DNA of 64,000 nucleotides from Deltaproteobacteria bacterium (GCA_033763315.1 JANRKS010000032.1:256001-320000), one strand, 5' to 3'; numbered from the stretch's first letter, positions 37,332 to 47,306 are shown. Notes: generated from the sequence alone by a model not told the origin. Numbers and translations: made by a program.

Positions 37332-38240
37332 CTAAAGAAACACGTCAGCAATTTTGCCGGCCGTCGGCGCCTGACGAAGCCAGGCCGCCAGCGTGTCGAC
37401 ATCCCCGCAGCCTCGAATTCTATCGACCTCGGCAGCGGTTGGCGCGAGGCCTCTCGCCTCTAGCACCAGCAACAGGGCACTCGCTAACCCGTCGGCCTTC
37501 CCCTTGGCTTCGCCCTCGGCTTTGCCCTTGGCTTCGCCCTCGGCCTTGCCACCGTGCCAGGCCTTGCGCAGACCCTCGTCTTGAAACTCGTAGTTCTGTG
37601 GAATCATCGCCAAAGCTTCCTTTGCCGCCTCGCTCAAGGCCGCCTTCACATAATCCAAGTATACCGCCGCCTCGTCTTCACCCAGCTGCAAAATGGCTTC
37701 CATGGCGGCCAGGCCGATGCGTGCCGCCTGCTGCGCGTCGTCATCCTGTCCATGCGCCACGGCAGACAGCACCGCCAAAGCCGGCGCCGCCACAGCTTCG
37801 GCGGCGTCCTCGATCCGAGGCAACTCATCCGGCCCCAACACGGCCGCCCTCACATAACCCGTTCCCGGGCCCATCTCCAATGCGTGCCCTGCCCATTTAG
37901 CCACATGGCGATCGGGCGTGACCACCACAAGGATTGTGGGACGTTCGTGGCGCGCCCGAGCCGCCGCGACATACAACGGCCACGTGTACACCTTGCGTGG
38001 ATCAATCCGCAATTGCACTTCCAACACCACCACCATTTCGGTGCGGCCCTCCTGCTCCACACGCAGGACCGCGTCCGCTGCCAATTCCGAAGGCTGCGCG
38101 CTGCCCAGATCGGCGCTGTCGCTCACGAGCTTTTCGTGAGGTGGTAGCAACGACAGGCCTGCGCCGCGCAGCAAGCGCGCGAGCAGCTCAGGCCGATCAC
38201 GAAGCAGCCCCACGAGCGCTTCGTGCAAAAATGTTGGCAT
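37332..38240 (-). CDS. Rpn/YhgA-like PD-(D/E)XK nuclease (putative transposase-like)
   Basis: HEALVGLLRDRPEL, ADAVL, VVVLEVQL..DPRK..TWPLY, LAVLSAVAHG, GKAEGEAK repeats, LLLVLEARGL...RIRGC.D...L..W tail; ATG 38240. Confidence 0.8.
   Translation of the reverse strand: MPTFLHEALVGLLRDRPELLARLLRGAGLSLLPPHEKLVSDSADLGSAQPSELAADAVLRVEQEGRTEMVVVLEVQLRIDPRKVYTWPLYVAAARARHERPTILVVVTPDRHVAKWAGHALEMGPGTGYVRAAVLGPDELPRIEDAAEAVAAPALAVLSAVAHGQDDDAQQAARIGLAAMEAILQLGEDEAAVYLDYVKAALSEAAKEALAMIPQNYEFQDEGLRKAWHGGKAEGEAKGKAEGEAKGKADGLASALLLVLEARGLAPTAAEVDRIRGCGDVDTLAAWLRQAPTAGKIADVFL
37501..37548 (-). repeat. Two 24-bp coding repeats (KAEGEAKG)
   Basis: cccttggcttcgccctcggc(t/c)ttg x2 on the plus strand. Confidence 0.9.
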
Positions 38241-38444
38241 GTACCTTCTTCGGTGCCCCTGCGCCAAAGTTGCGAAATTTGCGTGCAGACAATGCCTGCG
38301 GGCGGGCGCTTTCGATCGCGTCGCTGCACAGGCTTTAGCGTGGGCCCGTGTCTCGTGGGCTGCTCAGACACCCGTTCGGCGTTGAGGCGGCTTTCAAAGG
38401 CTGGTTTGCATCGACCTATGCCATTGCGGGCCGCGGCCGTTCGC

Positions 38445-40289
38445 TTAGAACGGCAGCTTGGCCAGGTAAATAACGTTGTCTTTGGAAGCCCCCTGCGCTT
38501 GCAAAAGCAGCAGATCGTTCGTCGGTAAGGTCATCGAGTAGATGCGGCTGGCCTGCTTTTGCAGCAAAACGGTTCCGCTCGCCCCGGGCCAGGTTTTGCC
38601 GTCGGCGATTGGGGCGTAGCGGATGGAAACGGTGTCGGTGTCTGTGTCGTCGCTCCAGATGAGACCGCGGTCGCCCACCGTGAACCAGAAGTCCAAATCT
38701 TTCGCGTACTTCACCTTCGAGGTGCAATTTTCAGGGTTCGCCACCATGCCTTTGCCGACGAGTAAATTAGGGTCGACGTCTTCGGCCCAAAAAACAAGTC
38801 CTGCGTGTTCCAAAAACGGGCGTCCGTAAAGATCAGTTGTGGCCCCTGACTGCAAGGTGCAGCGAGAGGCGGGTGATGTTTTTGTGGCGGTGGCATTTTG
38901 CGCCACGTACGCGTCACCGAGTCCGGTTCGTTCGTTTGTGTTCTGACTAAAGTACGTGTAGCGAAGATCGCCCGAAAGGCTCGCAGTGGAAACGCCATTC
39001 GCGATGGTTACGTAGTCGTCGGGGGCGGAACGATCACGCAGCAAGCGGAAGCTGCCTCGGTTCTCAACCACGTCCGTAAATAGTCCAACGCCTCGATCCG
39101 TGTTGCTACCATCGGACAGGATAAGAAAAGCGCCGATGTTGTAGCCGATGGTCGTGACGTTCTGGCCGCTGGGGTAATCCGCCAACTTCAAAACGCCACT
39201 CGGACGGCCTTGATCGCTATAGTTGTAGCCGCTCAGATAGTAAAGCTTCTGCGTATCGCGCGAGAAGGCCCACCTCGCAGCGTCTGTGATCAAGGGCGCT
39301 GAGGCTCTTGTGCCGGTAGCCACAGCGTTGGCGGGCAATGACGACGTTAGAAAGCACCATAGGTTCTCACTGTCCGTTGGCGTGCGGCCCGTGGAATAAC
39401 AAAACTGCGAGCCGTCACGCGAGAAAGCACCCCGCCACCTTGAAACGTCGTTTGACCGGGTTGGACGGATGCGATCCAGGCGCGGCAGACCTTGCGCTTG
39501 GGCGTCGTCAAGCCGGCCCGCAAGCAAATCAAATTCAAGCGGCTTCGTTTCGTCGGGCTCGATGTTATCGAGGCACATCGCAACTTGCCCGGCGAAATGT
39601 CCCGCGCACGTGATGCCCTTCTTCGTCGAGATCTGGCGCGGCTCACTCCACGAGGGGCGCCACGCATAGATTGGCCCTTGGTACAGTTCCGTCGAGGCCG
39701 ACGTTGCATCCGCATGAAAGATCAACGTATCGCCATCAAAGCTGTGGGCGTTCGGATGTGCGGGCCCCGTTGAAGGCGTGCCAGTCCACAGGTTGGTGGT
39801 CAAACGTTTGCAGTTGCTGTCTCCAGGCACGCATCGCATGGGAACGCCCTTTGCGAAGGCCGAAACGTTGATGACCCACAACTCTGCGCGGCCGAGTTCC
39901 ACCTCGCGAGAAAAGGCGCACCACCTGTCGCCAGGCGCGGGGATCTCGTTGGTGCAACCGTTGGTGCCTTTGCCCACCAAGACCGCTTTCCCGCTGATCG
40001 GCAGCGCCATGAGACCCATCGACACATTTGGATCAACAGGCCCCGCATCCGTTGGGACGCCGGCGCCTCCGAGGGGCGCGTTGGCCGCCGCATCGCCTAT
40101 CGACGCGTCTGGTTGACCGTTCCCCCCTTCCGCGTTCGGTTCGACGGTCGTACCACCGCCCCTCCCGGCACCACCGGCGCTGATGGCGCCGGCGCCTCCG
40201 TTGCTGTTACCGGTTGCATCAATCGGATCTCCGCACCCGACGCCCGCGAACAGGAAGATCACAACCACCGCACCGCCAAAGTTTTTCAT
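38445..40289 (-). CDS. Hypothetical lipoprotein, probably beta-propeller-like
   Basis: Lipobox GVGC; Gly/Ala linker; repeated FSRDG/FSRD/LSGD-type turns; several Cys pairs. Confidence 0.75.
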   Translation of the reverse strand: MKNFGGAVVVIFLFAGVGCGDPIDATGNSNGGAGAISAGGAGRGGGTTVEPNAEGGNGQPDASIGDAAANAPLGGAGVPTDAGPVDPNVSMGLMALPISGKAVLVGKGTNGCTNEIPAPGDRWCAFSREVELGRAELWVINVSAFAKGVPMRCVPGDSNCKRLTTNLWTGTPSTGPAHPNAHSFDGDTLIFHADATSASTELYQGPIYAWRPSWSEPRQISTKKGITCAGHFAGQVAMCLDNIEPDETKPLEFDLLAGRLDDAQAQGLPRLDRIRPTRSNDVSRWRGAFSRDGSQFCYSTGRTPTDSENLWCFLTSSLPANAVATGTRASAPLITDAARWAFSRDTQKLYYLSGYNYSDQGRPSGVLKLADYPSGQNVTTIGYNIGAFLILSDGSNTDRGVGLFTDVVENRGSFRLLRDRSAPDDYVTIANGVSTASLSGDLRYTYFSQNTNERTGLGDAYVAQNATATKTSPASRCTLQSGATTDLYGRPFLEHAGLVFWAEDVDPNLLVGKGMVANPENCTSKVKYAKDLDFWFTVGDRGLIWSDDTDTDTVSIRYAPIADGKTWPGASGTVLLQKQASRIYSMTLPTNDLLLLQAQGASKDNVIYLAKLPF

Positions 40290-40369
40290 GAATAATGTCG
40301 CCGAGCAGCATCATTGCTATGAATTGGATGGGCCGCAAGCTTTAGATCGCCGAACGTGCCATTGCAACC

Positions 40370-42043
40370 TCAGCCCGGATCCCGGAACCCATGGGCGATC
40401 GGAAACCGCCGCCCCGTGCCGAACGCCTTGGCCGATACCTTCAACCCCGGTGCGGCCTGGCGGCGCTTGTGCTCGGCGAGACGCACCAATTTAAGGATGT
40501 CCCGCACCGTGTCCCTTGGGAAGCCTGCCGCGACCAAGGCGTCGGCGTCCATGTCGCGCTCAAGATGAGCCTCAAGCAACGGATCCAGAACGCTGTACGG
40601 GGGCAACGAGTCTTCGTCTTTTTGGTCGGGGCGTAACTCGGCCGAGGGGGGCTTGTCGATCGTGTTTATTGGGATGATCTCGCGGTCGCGGTTGATGTGA
40701 CGGGCCAGTTCATAGACACGCAGCTTGAACACATCCGCAATCACGCCCAAGCCGCCGCACATATCGCCGTAAAGGGTAGAGTAGCCGGTGGCGATTTCGC
40801 TTTTGTTGCCGGTGGTGAGCAGCAGAGCGCCGAACTTGTTTGAAAGAGCCATCAACGTGGTGCCACGCAGGCGCGCTTGCAGGTTCTCTTCGGTGACGTC
40901 GGCTGGCCGGCCCGCGAACGCGGGTGCCAACGTTTGCAAAAAGGCGGCAAACGGCGCCTCGATCGGGATCTCAGAAAAGCGAATGCCGAGGTTTTCGGCC
41001 AGCGCTTGAGCGTCGCCGCGTGAATGATCAGACGAATAGCGCGACGGCAGCGCCACGCCATGAACGTTCTCGGGGCCCAGCGCTTCGGCGGCAATGCAGG
41101 CCACCACCGCCGAATCGATGCCACCTGAGAGACCGAGCAGCGCCTGCTTAAAGCCACACCGGCGGGCGTAGTCGCGTGTGCCCAAGACCAACGCTTGCAG
41201 CAAGGACTCGGTTTCGCCCAGGGCCGGCCGCGCGACGCCGGCGCTTGCCGCTTGTGTATCAACGACCACTAGGTCGCTTTGATGTTGATGGGCCTGGGCC
41301 AGCCGGGCGCCGGTGGCGTCCAGCGCGAACGAGCCGCCGTCAAACAACAGATCGTCGTGGCCGCCCACTTGGTTCACGAACACCAGTGGCCGCTGCCACC
41401 GCCTCACCGTGTGCGAGAGCATCGCCAGCCGTTGGCCATGCTTTGCGATGCCGAACGGCGAAGCGCTGAGGTTGACCAGAATGTCGGCGCCGGCGTTAAC
41501 CACTTCCTGCACCGGATCCAGCGTGTACCGTCGGTGTGGCCAGAACAGTTCGTCGTTCCAAGCGTCTTCGCAGATGGTGATGCCCAACCTGTGGCCGCGA
41601 AAGCTGACGACGCCAGTTTGGGTGCCGGGCTCGAAATAACGATCTTCGTCGAACACATCGTAGGTGGGCAGCAAGCGCTTACGAATAACGGCTTGAACGC
41701 GGCCCTCGAACAGAAAAGCCGCGCTGTTGGCCAAGGGGCGTCCGGCGTGTGGCTGCTCGTGCGCTTGCGTGTGCGAGAGCCGCTCGGCGAAACCAACAAG
41801 GACGGCGGTTGTGCTGCCCACGAGCGCCGCCAGTTTTTGCAGCGTTTGTTCCATCGCGTGTAAGAAAGCATCACGGGTCAGGAGGTCACGTGGGGGATAT
41901 CCACACAGGGCGAGCTCTGGCAGCACCAACACGTCGGCGTTTGCTGCTTCCGCTTGTGCGAGCGCCGAAGCGATAAGCGCGGTGTTTCCCGCGAAATCGC
42001 CCAACGTGGGGTTGATTTGGCCAAGCGCGAACTTCACATTCAC
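40370..42043 (-). CDS. nadE: Glutamine-dependent NAD+ synthetase
   Basis: Nitrilase-type domain (PEL, KRLLPTYDVFDE, ICED) plus GLSGGIDS, ENLQARLRG, TGNKSE..GYSTLYGD, PPSAELRPDQKDEDSLP. Confidence 0.96.
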   Translation of the reverse strand: MNVKFALGQINPTLGDFAGNTALIASALAQAEAANADVLVLPELALCGYPPRDLLTRDAFLHAMEQTLQKLAALVGSTTAVLVGFAERLSHTQAHEQPHAGRPLANSAAFLFEGRVQAVIRKRLLPTYDVFDEDRYFEPGTQTGVVSFRGHRLGITICEDAWNDELFWPHRRYTLDPVQEVVNAGADILVNLSASPFGIAKHGQRLAMLSHTVRRWQRPLVFVNQVGGHDDLLFDGGSFALDATGARLAQAHQHQSDLVVVDTQAASAGVARPALGETESLLQALVLGTRDYARRCGFKQALLGLSGGIDSAVVACIAAEALGPENVHGVALPSRYSSDHSRGDAQALAENLGIRFSEIPIEAPFAAFLQTLAPAFAGRPADVTEENLQARLRGTTLMALSNKFGALLLTTGNKSEIATGYSTLYGDMCGGLGVIADVFKLRVYELARHINRDREIIPINTIDKPPSAELRPDQKDEDSLPPYSVLDPLLEAHLERDMDADALVAAGFPRDTVRDILKLVRLAEHKRRQAAPGLKVSAKAFGTGRRFPIAHGFRDPG

Positions 42044-42123
42044 GCATCTAGCACAGCAGACGATGTGTATGTAACTGCGCGCGTTTGCGCCAGCTGCTGT
42101 ACGCTACAGAAATTCACCACCAC

Positions 42124-43626
42124 ATGCGCCTCCTGCCGATCGGGTTCATTTCACTGTTGTTTGGTATTGGGGCCTGTCGCCACGGCGACGACAACTTGGC
42201 TCGGCCGTCCACCCCGCTGACCGAGAAGATGCAGGAGCCGCCGCGCCCGGTCGTCGCGGCGCCGTTGCCGGATCCCGTGGCAGACGAACGTGCGGCCTTC
42301 GTGGCTTGGCTCAAGGCGCGGTTACCCGAACAGGCACAAGTCATTGACGAGCCCGGGCAACCCGTGCAGGTGCAATTCACCACCGTGAAGAACAACACAT
42401 ATGCGCAAGTGGCGCGCAGCTTGTTGAACGTCACGAGCGCTTATGAGGTGCCTGATCTGGCCAGCGCGATCCAGCGGCAACTGCACGACAGCCGCAAGGA
42501 CATTGGCGCCACGATGAAGGCGGGTCTTACCTTCGCTGTTCCGCTCCTGTTGTCGAAGCCCTACGCCGAAGGCGACGCCGCCCGTTTGGGTTGGCCCGCG
42601 GACAAATCGCTGCGCGGTTTGTATGTGCGCGGCCCGAACGCGCGCGGGCCACGTTACCTGCGCACGCTTCGCAACATGGTGGCCCACGACTACAACGCCA
42701 TCGTGCTTGATCTGCGTGATTACGATGGCCTCATCACCTACGATACCAAGGTGCCGCTGGCCATTGAGACGAAGGCTTCACGGGGGGCACCGATTCACGA
42801 CCTGGCCCGCGCCATCCGCTTTGCTCACAACTTTGGCGTGCGCGTGATCGCGCGCATCTCCTGCTTCCACGATGAAACGGTGTCTAAGGTGAGACCGGAT
42901 CTGGTGGTGCGCAACAAGCAAGGGCGGCCGCACAGCATTGGCTGGTTGGATCCACGCAATCCCACGGCGCAAGACTATGTGATCGCGCTGGCCACCGAAG
43001 CCATGGACGCGGGTGCCGACGAAGTGCAGCTTGATTATGTTCGTTACCCCGTCAAAGGCATCAAGAACGCCGATTTTGGTTTGGAAGGCACAAAGATCAC
43101 GAAGATTGACGTCATTCGCGACTTCGTTCATCGCGTGCATGCGGTGACGCAGCCGCGGGGCGTGCCGTTGTCTCTCGATATTTTCGGCATGGCGGCGCAA
43201 GGGCATCGGTCTGACGTGGAGGCGTTGGGGCAAGATCCGGCGGTGCTCGCGCGTGAATGCGAGGTGCTATCGCCGATGGTCTACCCATCCCACTACGACA
43301 AGGGCTTTGCGGGGTTCTCGGTCCCAGGCGATCACCCAGAGCTCGTAGGTTTGGGCACCCGCCGCGCGCTTGATCTCTTGGACAAAGGCTCAACGACGAT
43401 CGTTCGTTCTTGGGTGCAAGCCGTAAGCTGGAACTCGCCAAGCTACAGCCCCGAATACCTGCGCCAAGAAATGGAATCAGCGGAAGCCAACGGCGGCATC
43501 GGCTGGCTGTTGTGGCAACCGGCCCAGGATTACTCTTACGCGTGGGTGGCGCGGCCGCTCAAAACGGCTCCGAAATTGGCGGCGAAAGCCGTCAAAGGCA
43601 GCACGGCGATGCAAGCTGAACGTTGA
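42124..43626 (+). CDS. Putative glycoside hydrolase lipoprotein (DUF4015-like TIM barrel)
   Basis: Lipobox IGAC; LRGLYV, NAIVLDLRDYDG, IARISCFHD, WLDP, DEVQLDYVRYP, SLDIFG, SPMVYPSHY, VRSWVQA. Confidence 0.8.
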   Translation: MRLLPIGFISLLFGIGACRHGDDNLARPSTPLTEKMQEPPRPVVAAPLPDPVADERAAFVAWLKARLPEQAQVIDEPGQPVQVQFTTVKNNTYAQVARSLLNVTSAYEVPDLASAIQRQLHDSRKDIGATMKAGLTFAVPLLLSKPYAEGDAARLGWPADKSLRGLYVRGPNARGPRYLRTLRNMVAHDYNAIVLDLRDYDGLITYDTKVPLAIETKASRGAPIHDLARAIRFAHNFGVRVIARISCFHDETVSKVRPDLVVRNKQGRPHSIGWLDPRNPTAQDYVIALATEAMDAGADEVQLDYVRYPVKGIKNADFGLEGTKITKIDVIRDFVHRVHAVTQPRGVPLSLDIFGMAAQGHRSDVEALGQDPAVLARECEVLSPMVYPSHYDKGFAGFSVPGDHPELVGLGTRRALDLLDKGSTTIVRSWVQAVSWNSPSYSPEYLRQEMESAEANGGIGWLLWQPAQDYSYAWVARPLKTAPKLAAKAVKGSTAMQAER

Positions 43627-43628
43627 TC

Positions 43629-44159
43629 CTAAAAGCCCAGCACAAAACCCAGTCCCCAGCGCTGCAAGCTGCAGCCTGTGGACAGCGTTGTGCAATCGCC
43701 ACGTGGAAAGAGGCGCAGGTACTCGTACGACACCTGCAGCGCCACGCGACCGCTTAACCCGACGATGACGCCCACCGTGCCGCCGGCTCCCCACAAATCA
43801 GGGTTGTTCTCGATGAACAGGCGGCCCGCGCGCGGCACCAGCAAGGGCCACACGCTGCCAGACCGCCAGGGCAAAAGGCGCAACGCCGCCATCGTACGTG
43901 CGACGGTCAACACTTGCGAGCCTCCCGAAACGGACACTTCCGCCGTTGGGGCCACGCCGTCCATTATGAAATGACCGTACTCAGCCCCCGCCGCCCAGAC
44001 CAATCCATTGCCACTGCCGAGACCCAACGAAACGCCCACGTGGTTCGTGCCTGCGTCGCCGTAGCGTTGCGGTGCCTCGAACTCGCTTTGCGCGCGGGCT
44101 GAGCCCACACCTAGTGAAGCTGAAGCCACCGCTGCCAACACCACCGCAAAAGCACGCAT
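43629..44159 (-). CDS. Small outer-membrane beta-barrel-like protein
   Basis: Signal ending ARA; alternating hydrophobic strands; C-terminal Phe (GLGFVLGF). Confidence 0.65.
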   Translation of the reverse strand: MRAFAVVLAAVASASLGVGSARAQSEFEAPQRYGDAGTNHVGVSLGLGSGNGLVWAAGAEYGHFIMDGVAPTAEVSVSGGSQVLTVARTMAALRLLPWRSGSVWPLLVPRAGRLFIENNPDLWGAGGTVGVIVGLSGRVALQVSYEYLRLFPRGDCTTLSTGCSLQRWGLGFVLGF

Positions 44160-44214
44160 GGTGAGGGTTTGGCGCAAGATTGTGGCGTTGTCAAAACCGC
44201 TCAGGCGGCAGCGA

Positions 44215-45411
44215 TCAATTGCCGCAGCGGTTGTCGACGCCGTTGCGCAACATCCCCGATCGTGCCGTTATGGCTTGCGGGCACACCACCTCTTTGTATT
44301 TCACCGCGGGGTTATCGGCAGCCTGGTACCAGTCGACGAACCAACGGCACGCCGCCGCAAGATCAGTGAGGCCGCGTGACGCAAAAACCGAAGTGCACTT
44401 TTGCAGCACGCACGCTTTGACCGCGTCGTGGTTGTTGTTGCTTTGGCGGCACACCGATAAGAAGCCGCCGTATTGTTGGCCAAGCTCATTGTTTGATACA
44501 CCCCACTGCGAGGAACACGCGTTGAACGCTCCCACGCCGCCGCCCGGGATGGCGATGTCGAATTGGCCGCCGCCCACGTCGAAGCCAATGTTGATGGCCT
44601 GCACGATCATCGTTTTGCCTTGCAGCGCCTTGCTTCCCTGATCGTCGCCGCCGTTGTGTGAGCTGCCCGTGAACTGCAGTTGATAGCAGCGGCCACACAC
44701 GTCACCGCTTGAGGTGGCGGCAAAGCCATAAGCCAAGCCGCTGTTCACCGACCAAGGGGTGAGGCCCGAGCACATAAACGCGCCGCCGCCGTTGCACGAG
44801 CTTTGCGTGTTGGCCGCAACCGATTGATTGGCGGCGCTGCAACTGTTCAAGGGCTTTACACCGCCCGAGACGTTGCCGGGCCACGAGCAGTGTGGTTTGC
44901 AACAGTCCCAAAACCGCGTGGCGTAGCCGCTGCACCCGTTCTGGATCGGCGTGGGATTCATGGCCGTGTTGGTGGTGCCGCCGGTGCCCATATTGGTGGT
45001 GCCGCCCGTATTGCTGGGGCGTCCGCCCGTGGCGCTCACGCCGCCTGTGCCGGTGGTGCCGCCGGTGCGTGCCCCGCCTGTGCCGGTGGTGCCGCCGGTG
45101 CGAGCTCCGCCCGAGCCTGAATTGCCGCCGCGGCTGCCGCCTGCGTTCATCGAGGTGCCACCTGCGTTCATCGAGGTGCCACCTGCCCCATCGCCGCCGG
45201 TGGTGCCGCCGCCTTGCGTGCCGCCTTCTTCCGCGGTGCCGTTGTCGCCGGCCTCGCCCCCCATTTGGTCGCTTGGCTCAATGGGATCTTTGGCGCACGC
45301 CCAAAGCAACGCGCCCGTAAGCAGCGCTGCGGGTCCGCGCCATCGGTTGCTGGCACCGCGCCCGCGCGCGGCACTCGTTGGACGGTCGTGAATGAACTTC
45401 TTCACACACAC
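44215..45411 (-). CDS. GH45 endoglucanase, lipoprotein with Gly/Thr linker (start uncertain)
   Basis: ATRFWDCCKPHCSW (catalytic Asp), PWSVN..LAYGFAA, CGRCYQLQFT, GKTMIVQ, QFDIAIPGGGVG (catalytic Asp), GQQYGG, ADNP; LWAC lipobox. Confidence 0.93.
   Translation of the reverse strand: MCVKKFIHDRPTSAARGRGASNRWRGPAALLTGALLWACAKDPIEPSDQMGGEAGDNGTAEEGGTQGGGTTGGDGAGGTSMNAGGTSMNAGGSRGGNSGSGGARTGGTTGTGGARTGGTTGTGGVSATGGRPSNTGGTTNMGTGGTTNTAMNPTPIQNGCSGYATRFWDCCKPHCSWPGNVSGGVKPLNSCSAANQSVAANTQSSCNGGGAFMCSGLTPWSVNSGLAYGFAATSSGDVCGRCYQLQFTGSSHNGGDDQGSKALQGKTMIVQAINIGFDVGGGQFDIAIPGGGVGAFNACSSQWGVSNNELGQQYGGFLSVCRQSNNNHDAVKACVLQKCTSVFASRGLTDLAAACRWFVDWYQAADNPAVKYKEVVCPQAITARSGMLRNGVDNRCGN
45041..45186 (-). 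repeat. Coding duplications in the GH45 linker (GGTSMNA x2; GGARTGGTTGT x2)
   Basis: 21-bp cctgcgttcatcgaggtgcca x2 and a ~33-bp duplicated unit. Confidence 0.85.
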
Positions 45412-45491
45412 TTAACGCTGACCCACGCAAATGTGGGTCGTCGGCCGGCGTCGTTCCTGCCAATTTTACGCCGGCCGCAGGCCTAAGTTGC

Positions 45492-46373
45492 CTATTTTGC
45501 AGGCTTTACGAAGCGGAGCGTGAACCGATCACTTTCGCCAATCTTGGCGTACTTGTCGCGATCTTGATCGCCCGCGGCGAAGGTGGGTGGCAAGGTCCAC
45601 ACGCCCTTGGGGTAATCCTTGGTGTCGGCGGGGTTGGCGTTGATCTCGCTCTTTTCAGCCAACGTGAATCCGGCGGCTTTGGCCAAATCGATGGCCGTTT
45701 GCTCAGGCACGTAGCCACCGCCGGGCTTGGTGCCGGGGTTGCCTCGGTGGCCTTCGATGCCGAAGGTGCCGCCGGGCTTGAGCACGTTGAAGATCGCAGT
45801 CAGGAACTTTTCCGCGTTGCCGCCCTCCACCCAACCATGCAGGCTGCGGAACACCACCACCATATCAACCGAATTGTCAGCGCCAAGCTTTGGCTCTTTG
45901 ACATCGATGATCACCTTGCCGACTTTGTCGAACACCTCAGGGTGCGCGCCCAGCAAGGCATCCATCTCCTTGGCGCGTTTGACTTGATAGTCTTCGGGGT
46001 TGCCGTTGGTGTCGGCCGACGTGATCAACAACTTGCCGTTGTCACGCAAGGTGGGCGCCAAGATTTCGGTGTACCAACCGCCGCCAGGAAACATCTCGAG
46101 CACGGTGAAGTTGTCTTGCAGTCCGAAGAACGCCAGCGTTTGCGACGGGTGACGGTATTTGTCGCGCGCTTTGTTTTCAGGTGAACGGTGGGGCGCCGCG
46201 AGCGCCGCCAGCACCTTCTCGTTGGCGCTTTGGGTGGGGGAGGGCTGTTCTAAAAGTTTTGCTTCTTCTTTACTTGGGCCCGTCGTGGCACATGCAGAAA
46301 GCGCAAGAAACCCGGCCAAAAGGCGCGAGGACAAGGGCAAACACAGGCTGTGAAGTGATCGTGGCTTCGTCAT
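45492..46373 (-). CDS. Predicted class I SAM-dependent methyltransferase, lipoprotein
   Basis: LSAC lipobox; RDKYRHP..TLAFFG, VLEMFPGGGWYTEILAP, LKPGG, SEINANPADT, IGESDRFTLRF. Confidence 0.88.
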   Translation of the reverse strand: MTKPRSLHSLCLPLSSRLLAGFLALSACATTGPSKEEAKLLEQPSPTQSANEKVLAALAAPHRSPENKARDKYRHPSQTLAFFGLQDNFTVLEMFPGGGWYTEILAPTLRDNGKLLITSADTNGNPEDYQVKRAKEMDALLGAHPEVFDKVGKVIIDVKEPKLGADNSVDMVVVFRSLHGWVEGGNAEKFLTAIFNVLKPGGTFGIEGHRGNPGTKPGGGYVPEQTAIDLAKAAGFTLAEKSEINANPADTKDYPKGVWTLPPTFAAGDQDRDKYAKIGESDRFTLRFVKPAK

Positions 46374-46426
46374 GCGCGCGACTATAACCGCGCGGCCCAC
46401 ACAAAGGAAACCGCCGTTGAACGTAC

Positions 46427-47191
46427 TTATTCGGGCTCTATGCGCGCGAGCACAACCGTGGTGTTGTCGAGGCCACCATTGCCGTTGGCGGCTGTGACCA
46501 GATCGTTGCACAACCGATCCAAATCAGGTTGGCCTGCCACGATCTCGGCCAGGTCGGTGTCAGCCACCATGCCTGATAAGCCATCCGAGCACAGCAAGTA
46601 CACATCGCCCAAGCGGGGTTGTTCCACCAACACGTCCACTTGCACGGTGCTCTTCATGCCCAACGCGCGCACGATCACGTTCTTGTGCGGGAAGGCGGCG
46701 ATCTCTTCCGCCGTCAGGTGCTTCATCTTGATGTAGTCGTTGAGCAGCGAGTGATCTTCGGTGAGCTGATCAAACAAGCCCTCGCGCAAGCGATACACGC
46801 GGCTGTCACCCACGTGCCCAATCACGAGCGCGTCGTCGACAAAGCAACACGACACCACCGTGGTGCCCATGCCGCGGCACTTGGGGTTGTTGGATGACTC
46901 TTCGTGGATCTTGAGGTTCGCCAGTTTGATCGCCGTGGTCATGCGGTTCACGCTGTTGCGGTTGCCGCGATCCACTTTGTAAGGCCACGTGAGATCCTGT
47001 TCGATCTCGGTCTCGCGAAAGTAGGTGGAGATGGTGTCCACCGCCAAGCGGCTCGCGATCTCGCCCGACGCGTGCCCACCCATGCCATCGGCGACGATGC
47101 ACAGTCGTTCGCTGCGCGGCAGATAAAAGCTATCTTCGTTGTGCTCGCGCTTTAGACCTACATTGGTCTCGCCGGCAAACCGAACCCGCAT
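46427..47191 (-). CDS. PP2C-family Ser/Thr phosphatase (Stp1/PrpC type)
   Basis: GLKREHNEDS, VADGMGGH, GMGTT, HVGDSRVY, TEDHS, LLCSDGL, GGLDNTT. Confidence 0.95.
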   Translation of the reverse strand: MRVRFAGETNVGLKREHNEDSFYLPRSERLCIVADGMGGHASGEIASRLAVDTISTYFRETEIEQDLTWPYKVDRGNRNSVNRMTTAIKLANLKIHEESSNNPKCRGMGTTVVSCCFVDDALVIGHVGDSRVYRLREGLFDQLTEDHSLLNDYIKMKHLTAEEIAAFPHKNVIVRALGMKSTVQVDVLVEQPRLGDVYLLCSDGLSGMVADTDLAEIVAGQPDLDRLCNDLVTAANGNGGLDNTTVVLARIEPE

Positions 47192-47306
47192 CCCATCGAG
47201 AGGGAAGGACGTGCTCATGAGCATTTGACTCCCATGCAATTTTCCATGCTAGCCCCGTCGGCCGTGTGGGAGCAAATGTGATTCGCGAATTCGTGTGAGG
47301 GCTGTT

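Noticed and set aside
37332-38240. Calling the Rpn-like gene an insertion sequence
   Set aside because: No terminal inverted repeats or target-site duplication seen, and this family is not a demonstrated transposase.
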